Part shown: positions 26,887 through 32,000 of the stretch, piece after piece | How the letters are laid out: the number at the start of each line of letters is the position of its first letter | Numbering within the stretch: the stretch's first letter is position 1 | NCBI GenBank assembly: GCA_049974095.1 | Contig: JBMFJD010000010.1 | Coordinates: forward strand, 1,590-33,589 | Length of the DNA: 32,000 nucleotides | Source: Nanopusillaceae archaeon | Lineage (GTDB): Archaea; Nanobdellota; Nanobdellia; Nanobdellales; Nanobdellaceae | Reading direction: 5' to 3' | The notes under the pieces: model-generated | What the model saw: only the letters and a program-made list of their open reading frames with translations | What the model was told of the DNA's origin: nothing | Databases searched by the model: none | Program-made: the position numbers and the translations under genes

Positions 26887-28271
26887 TATCCAAATCCTCC
26901 TATTTCTTCTAATTCTAGATCTATTAGCCTTTTAACTTCTAATTTATAAGATTCTGGGAAATTATATAATATATCATCTAAAAATCCCAATAAATACAAT
27001 CTTTTTGCTTCTTTTTCTGATAATCCTAAAGATCTTAAATAAAATATTTTTTCATCATTTATTTTTTCCATTTTTGCTTCATGATTATAATATCCTTCTT
27101 TACTATATTTTTCAACCCTTGGTATAGAAATTGCTTCTCCATTTTCTTCAATTAAAGAATCACATTTTGATAATACTTCACCATTTTTATTTGTTTTTAT
27201 ATCAATTCTATTTACAGATATAGCTTTATCTTTTTTTCCAATTGAAATTGATTTAGATATTATATATCCTTTAGAATTTTCTCCAATAGCAAATATTCTT
27301 CCCCCAGTATCAATTATTTGTCCATCTGTTGCAAACCCTATTGTATATATTTCTCCTCTTGCATTATCATCTAATATTAATCCTGGATATAGCATAGTAA
27401 CTTTACTTCCCAATTCTAAAGATATCCATTTTACTTTTGAATTCTTTCCAACCTTTGCTCTTTTTGTTACTAAATTATATACATTCTTAGACCAATTTTG
27501 AATAGTTCCATATGTTACTTCACTATTTTCTTCAGCAAATACTTCTACAACTGCAGCATGTAATTGTTGAGAAGAATAAATTGGAGCAGTACATCCTTCA
27601 ATATATGTTACTTTTGAATTTTTTTCTGCAATAATTAATGTTCTTTCAAACTGTCCCAAATTATCTAAGTTAATTAAGAAATATGCATGTAACGGAAGAT
27701 CCAATTTTACATTTTCTGGTACATAAATAAATACTCCTCCACTCCAAACTGCAGTGTTTAATGCAGCAAATTTATTATCTCCTGGAGGAATGATTTTTCC
27801 AAAATATTTTTTAACAATTTCTGGATATTCTCTTACTCCTTCATCTAAAGATGTAAATATAACTCCTTCTTGATCTAAATATTTTTTTATTTCTTTATAT
27901 ATTGGTATAGAATCATATTGTATATTTAATCCAGATAAGTATTCAAATTCTCTTTTTAATCCCAATTTTTCTATTGTTTCCTTCATATATTCAGGTAATT
28001 GTTCCCAATTAATTGGTTTGGGGTATCTTAATATTGATCCATAATAAATAATATTATCAAAATTAATTTTTGATAAATCTGGTCCAAAATCTGGTAAAGG
28101 TAATTCTTTGAAATATTTATATCCTTCTAATCTTTTATTTAACATCCATTCAGGTTCTCCTTTTATTTCAGATATCTTCTTTATTTTTTCTTCATCTAAT
28201 GGTCCCTTTATTATTATATTGTATTTTATATTTTGTTTTTCTAAATTTATTTCCTTTTTTTCCATTTCCAT
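26886..28271 (-). CDS. sufB: Fe-S cluster assembly scaffold SufB
   Basis: 461 aa. FERTLIIAEKNSKVTYIEGCTAP and the beta-helix-type repeat region are typical of SufB. There is a 1-nt overlap with sufS. Confidence 0.88.
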   Translation of the reverse strand: MEMEKKEINLEKQNIKYNIIIKGPLDEEKIKKISEIKGEPEWMLNKRLEGYKYFKELPLPDFGPDLSKINFDNIIYYGSILRYPKPINWEQLPEYMKETIEKLGLKREFEYLSGLNIQYDSIPIYKEIKKYLDQEGVIFTSLDEGVREYPEIVKKYFGKIIPPGDNKFAALNTAVWSGGVFIYVPENVKLDLPLHAYFLINLDNLGQFERTLIIAEKNSKVTYIEGCTAPIYSSQQLHAAVVEVFAEENSEVTYGTIQNWSKNVYNLVTKRAKVGKNSKVKWISLELGSKVTMLYPGLILDDNARGEIYTIGFATDGQIIDTGGRIFAIGENSKGYIISKSISIGKKDKAISVNRIDIKTNKNGEVLSKCDSLIEENGEAISIPRVEKYSKEGYYNHEAKMEKINDEKIFYLRSLGLSEKEAKRLYLLGFLDDILYNFPESYKLEVKRLIDLELEEIGGFG

Positions 28272-28274
28272 AAT

Positions 28275-28287
28275 ATAACATTGTTAT
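28275..28287. promoter_or_regulatory. 13-bp palindrome ATAACA-T-TGTTAT in the sufB / 79-aa ORF divergent spacer
   Basis: Perfect 6-bp arms, located 4 nt upstream of the sufB start codon. Confidence 0.25.
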
Positions 28288-28320
28288 CTCTTTTTAAAAA
28301 TATATCTATAATATAATAGT

Positions 28321-28560
28321 ATGTATAGAATATATGAACTATGTGGAAAGAGCGATTATAGTATAAGATTTGATAAAAAAATAGATGTTAAAAAGGTAAA
28401 GGAATATTTTAAAGATTATGAAATAATAGATGAAAATGAAGAAACAATAAGTTTAAGAAAAGAAGAAAAAAATGTTATAGGATTTTCATATGGAGAAGTA
28501 ATTTTGGTTAATTTTAATATTGAAGAAGTTGAAAAAATAGCTAAATATATAGATAGTTAA
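28321..28560 (+). CDS. small hypothetical protein
   Basis: 79-aa ORF with composition similar to the other cytoplasmic proteins in the window. No family recognised. Confidence 0.4.
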   Translation: MYRIYELCGKSDYSIRFDKKIDVKKVKEYFKDYEIIDENEETISLRKEEKNVIGFSYGEVILVNFNIEEVEKIAKYIDS

Positions 28561-28563
28561 ATT

Positions 28564-28573
28564 TTTTAAATTT
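28564..28573 (+). promoter_or_regulatory. TATA-like box TTTTAAATTT for tRNA-Glu
   Basis: Centred about 26 nt upstream of the mature tRNA 5' end. Confidence 0.35.
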
Positions 28574-28594
28574 AATTTATTTTAATCTTTAATA

Positions 28595-28669
28595 GCCCCC
28601 GTCGTCTAGTCAGGTCTAGGATACAGGGTTTTCGTCCCTGTGACCCGGGTTCAAATCCCGGCGGGGGCA
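28595..28669 (+). tRNA. tRNA-Glu (anticodon UUC), contiguous, no intron, CCA not encoded
   Basis: Acceptor GCCCCCG/CGGGGGC, anticodon stem CAGGG/CCCTG, loop TTTTCGT, T-arm CCGGG-TTCAAAT-CCCGG, discriminator A. Confidence 0.9.
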
Positions 28670-28696
28670 TTAGTTAACGATATTGATTAACAAATC

Positions 28697-28706
28697 TATA
28701 TAAATT
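28697..28706 (+). promoter_or_regulatory. TATA-like box TATATAAATT for the archaellin gene
   Basis: Centred about 26-27 nt upstream of ATG 28728. Confidence 0.4.
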
Positions 28707-28727
28707 ACGAGATTGTTTATTTTTAAC

Positions 28728-29318
28728 ATGAAGGGCCAAGGTACAGGTTTTTCATCGATGGTATTATTTATAGCAGCAGCATTGACAGCAGCAATAGCAG
28801 CCTTTGTAATTATTGGTGCAACAACAAGTGCACAAGGACATGCAGCAGCAGCAGCACAACAAACAGTACAAACATCAGGTACAACTGTAGAAATAGTTAG
28901 AGTAGAAGGAATAAATGTAAATACAACAACACAAGCAGTACAAGAATTCTTAGTATATACAAGGTTAGCACCAGGATCACAACCAATATTATTAAATCAA
29001 ACATCAGTAATATTATATGCACCAGCTGGAAGAGAAGTATTTGTATATGGAGGAGCTGTAGCAGATTCATCATTAGTAACCAGTTATACAGGATACTACT
29101 TTATTGATCAACAGGATTCTGTAGATAATTCAGGATTGTTATTCAATGGTGTATTAGGTCCAAATGATCTAGCAGCATTATTAGTATATGCAAATGTAAC
29201 ATTAGGAACATCACAAACATGGGAAATTTCAATTATACCACCAAATGGACAACCATATGATCTATCAGGAATAACACCGGCTGCAATGGTATATCCAACA
29301 GTAGTATTATACGGCTAA
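28728..29318 (+). CDS. flaB: archaellin (FlaB/ArlB-type) with class III signal peptide
   Basis: The track ORF begins at TTG 28713. ATG 28728 gives MKG/QGTGFSSMVLFIAAALTAAIAAFVIIG, followed by ...VEIVRVEG...FLVYTRLAPGSQPILLNQTSVIL, which is typical archaellin-domain sequence. It has no Cys. Confidence 0.7.
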   Translation: MKGQGTGFSSMVLFIAAALTAAIAAFVIIGATTSAQGHAAAAAQQTVQTSGTTVEIVRVEGINVNTTTQAVQEFLVYTRLAPGSQPILLNQTSVILYAPAGREVFVYGGAVADSSLVTSYTGYYFIDQQDSVDNSGLLFNGVLGPNDLAALLVYANVTLGTSQTWEISIIPPNGQPYDLSGITPAAMVYPTVVLYG

Positions 29319-29319
29319 A

Positions 29320-29928
29320 ATGAAAGGGCAAGCTTTTCAAACCCTTTTTCTTTTTATATTTCTTGTTGCAATTGCAACAATAAGTAGTTATATATTAGTT
29401 GATGTTTATTTAAAAGGTGCTGGAGCAACATTAACAAAATTAGAAGTAAATCAACAACAATCTGCAGTACCTCAATTTGCAATTCATGATATTGAATATT
29501 CAGAATATGGTAGTACTGCAATAGTTACATTTACTTTATATAATTTAGGATCTACAAATATTCTACTGAGAGGATGGATGATTGATTTTACAGATCAAAA
29601 TGGAAATATAATATGTAGTACTCCAATTTTTGAAAGTACAGCAGATGCAGCAAATATTGGAGTATCAGAATCTGTATATGATGCTGCATATAATCAAACA
29701 TTAACTTATGGAGAAGCAATACCTGCTCATTCAGTTGCAGAAGTTAATTTAACATTCATTGGAGGAAATTGTTTAAACACAACAATTGATTGGTCTACAA
29801 CACATTTACAAATGGGATTTAGAGTAGTAATTTCACCAACACAATATTTTGATATAATGCAATGTGCTGTAAATCCATATACAGGATATGCCTCTTGTAG
29901 TTCTTTAGGCTATCAAGCTTATCAATAG
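29320..29928 (+). CDS. second class III-signal (pilin/archaellin-like, possibly ArlF/G-like) protein
   Basis: 202 aa. MKG/QAFQTLFLFIFLVAIATISSYIL shares the MKGQ signal with the archaellin. It has 4 Cys and a beta-rich, low-charge mature part. There is a 1-nt gap to the archaellin gene. Confidence 0.55.
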   Translation: MKGQAFQTLFLFIFLVAIATISSYILVDVYLKGAGATLTKLEVNQQQSAVPQFAIHDIEYSEYGSTAIVTFTLYNLGSTNILLRGWMIDFTDQNGNIICSTPIFESTADAANIGVSESVYDAAYNQTLTYGEAIPAHSVAEVNLTFIGGNCLNTTIDWSTTHLQMGFRVVISPTQYFDIMQCAVNPYTGYASCSSLGYQAYQ

Positions 29929-30082
29929 TTTTTTGACTAATAATTTTTGTTAAATAAAATAATTTTGACATAATTATAATAAATATAGGTAAAAATATGC
30001 TAAATTTCAATATTGATTATCAATGATGGTTTAAAATATGGGAAATCAAACTCTTTTATTTATCAAAATTCCATATTTTTTC

Positions 30083-32000
30083 ATGAGTATTAAATCTATT
30101 AAAAAATATATTATAATATTATTAGCTTTAGGTTTATTAGTAAGTAATTCTATTCATGCACAAGTCGGAGCAGTTTTAATAGGAAGTAGTACAACAACTA
30201 CAACTACATCTATAACATTACCTTCTGCAAATAATTATTTTTGCGTTGCAGGAGCAAATGGAGGTACAATTACCATCCCTAGCATTACAGAACTTGTAAA
30301 TAATGGTGGTTATGCAGTTATTGGTAATTCTTCTACAAATAGTTGTTCTATCACTACTACTGCAACATCTTATGCTCTAGGAGGGATAAGTATAAATAAT
30401 TATTCTGTATTTTCTATAATAACAACTTATACAAATACATATAAAAAATCTGCTACTGGTAGTTTTTCTTTTACTTTATCAGGACAAAATTATACTGTAT
30501 ATATTTTAATTGCTGCAGGAGGTAATAAAGGAACAGCATATGTAAGTACAGTTACTCCGCCTTCCGGATGTACTCAAATATTTAATACTCCTTCAGGAAC
30601 TGCAGCATCAGTATATGCAGCAGAATGTAAGGATTTGGCCCCAGGAACTTATTCAGTATCTTTTAAAGTTGTTCAAGGTGGAGGTTCTACAGTTTATGTC
30701 TCTGCTTTGGTTGTAGGATATCCTATATTTACGTTTAATCTAACTCCTTCTAATAATTCTATAGTAAATATACCTGGTAAAACATCAAATACAACAATAT
30801 ATGTTACTCAATTAACCGGTAATACTCCTTTACAAGTTAATTTATCTTGTTCTACATCTAATGCAAATTTAGGTTGTTATTTCTCTTCTAATTCTGTAGT
30901 ACCAAACAATTCAGTAACTTTATATATAAATTCTACAACAGGTATAGCTCCAGGAACTTATACAGTTACTGTAAATGGTATAGCCGAAAATAATGCAACT
31001 AATTCTACAACAATAACTGTTACAGTTCCTCCAGAAACAATAAATGTATCTGCTAATCCAAATCAAATAACACTAATTCCTGGAGAATCAAAATCTTCTA
31101 CAATAACAGCATCAGATAATTATGGAAATAGTTTAAATATATCCGCATCTTGTCCATCTCAATTAATATGTTCATTCAATGGACAAACTTCTGTAATAGT
31201 ACCAAATGGAGGATCTACAATATTAAATATTACAGTTCTAAATTCAGCTTCTCAAGGTACATATACGATAAATGTTACAGCAACAGATATTGTAACAAAT
31301 CAAACACAGGTTAATGTAATAGTCGTAATAGAAAGCGTAATTATAACATTAAATCAATCTTCTGGAAATGTAAATCCAGGTCAAAGTGTTTCAATAAATG
31401 TTAGTGCAAATAACACATTAGGAAATAATATGACATTAGAATGTTTATCACCTTCTGGAGTAACATGTTCTCCAATTCAAGTTAATATAACTTCTGGAAG
31501 TAGTTATATATTTACAATAACTGCTCCATCAAATGTAAATAATTATCAACAATATAATATAACCTTTTTAGGAATAGATGTAAATACTGATGTATTAAAT
31601 TCTTCAATATTTACATTAAATGTATATCCTTATCCACAAACATATATTATTTCTCCATCAAATAATACTGTCAGTAATTATTATGCATTAAATATAACAT
31701 TCTATACAAATAGTCCAACAGTAAATGTAACAATAAATGGAAATACATATACAATAAATGTAACACCAGGAAACAATTTAATACAGTTATTATATAATAA
31801 TTCTTCATATGGATTGCCAGGATTGCATAATATTATACCAAATGGTGGTAATTTAACAATACAAATAGTAGCATTTAATCCATTGGGAGAAGCAAATTCA
31901 ACAGGAGTTTATGTATATACATTACCTGCACCAGTATTAAATGTTTCATATATTCCTCCAACTCCAGCAAATGGAACAGTATCAAATTATTGGTTATTAC
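30083..32000 (+). CDS. large secreted repeat-domain surface protein (S-layer/adhesin-like), 3' end outside window
   Basis: This frame is open to position 32000 (hand-checked at several points). It is absent from the track because no stop falls in the window. Sec-type signal MSIKSIKKYIIILLALGLLVSNSIHA/Q, with an alternative ATG at 30038. T/S/N-rich, many sequons, and tandem domains of about 100 aa with paired Cys. Confidence 0.7.
   Translation, partial: MSIKSIKKYIIILLALGLLVSNSIHAQVGAVLIGSSTTTTTTSITLPSANNYFCVAGANGGTITIPSITELVNNGGYAVIGNSSTNSCSITTTATSYALGGISINNYSVFSIITTYTNTYKKSATGSFSFTLSGQNYTVYILIAAGGNKGTAYVSTVTPPSGCTQIFNTPSGTAASVYAAECKDLAPGTYSVSFKVVQGGGSTVYVSALVVGYPIFTFNLTPSNNSIVNIPGKTSNTTIYVTQLTGNTPLQVNLSCSTSNANLGCYFSSNSVVPNNSVTLYINSTTGIAPGTYTVTVNGIAENNATNSTTITVTVPPETINVSANPNQITLIPGESKSSTITASDNYGNSLNISASCPSQLICSFNGQTSVIVPNGGSTILNITVLNSASQGTYTINVTATDIVTNQTQVNVIVVIESVIITLNQSSGNVNPGQSVSINVSANNTLGNNMTLECLSPSGVTCSPIQVNITSGSSYIFTITAPSNVNNYQQYNITFLGIDVNTDVLNSSIFTLNVYPYPQTYIISPSNNTVSNYYALNITFYTNSPTVNVTINGNTYTINVTPGNNLIQLLYNNSSYGLPGLHNIIPNGGNLTIQIVAFNPLGEANSTGVYVYTLPAPVLNVSYIPPTPANGTVSNYWLL
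30734..31633 (+). repeat. three tandem ~100-aa domain repeats (coding) inside the surface protein
   Basis: The units are 30734-31033, 31034-31336 and 31337-31633. Each has PG(K/E/Q)(T/S)..., then (S/E)C-x(4-8)-C, and two end in GTYT(V/I)(T/N)V. Confidence 0.6.

Noticed and set aside
28713-28727. TTG start at 28713 for the archaellin ORF (MFIFN...)
   Set aside because: ATG 28728 gives a canonical short class III signal (MKG/Q), identical to the next gene's MKGQ. It also sits about 26 nt downstream of a TATA-like box.
29819-30010. 63-aa minus-strand ORF spanning the end of the pilin-like gene and the downstream spacer
   Set aside because: It overlaps a better-supported plus-strand gene and an intergenic promoter region, and it has no motif. 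It is probably spurious.
30038-30082. Upstream ATG 30038 as the start of the large surface protein
   Set aside because: Starting at ATG 30083 yields a standard Sec signal (MSIKSIKKY + hydrophobic core + HA/Q) and has a TATA-like box about 25 nt upstream. ATG 30038 remains a possible alternative.

Overview
This is a very AT-rich (by eye about three-quarters A+T), tightly packed archaeal chromosome segment. I can support 32 protein-coding genes, two GC-rich intron-less tRNAs (Gln-UUG, Glu-UUC) and one textbook C/D box sRNA. I found no rRNA, CRISPR array, transposase or integrase.

Most genes are archaeal information-processing and housekeeping genes:
- RNA polymerase subunit N, family-B DNA polymerase, RtcB, aIF2-alpha and Nop10 (58 aa, absent from the ORF track)
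- ribosomal protein L44e, a GINS51-like subunit, Pelota, TmcA and a TtuA/Ncs6-type tRNA thiolase
- SufB and SufS, a PAC2-like chaperone and a YchF/Obg-type GTPase

A stand-alone reverse gyrase helicase half (no topoisomerase module follows), the extreme AT content, ATGA-type gene overlaps and TATA-like boxes about 26 nt upstream of start codons suggest a reduced-genome hyperthermophile resembling Nanoarchaeota. That is inference and needs a database search.

The most interesting parts are:
1. A four-gene operon (13953-18117) of charge-depleted, Cys-paired, sequon-rich exported proteins of no recognisable family. It lies 1 kb downstream of a FlaK/PibD-like prepilin peptidase.
2. An archaellin plus a second MKGQ-signal pilin-like protein, followed by a large repeat-domain surface protein that runs off the window end (28728-32000).
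3. A 186-bp intergenic array of 14 same-strand, helically phased TTAAC cores. It contains a duplicated 56-bp block in which the cores are conserved and the spacers have diverged (23113-23298).

Coordinates and motifs were read by hand. Family assignments rest on motif recognition, not on searches.
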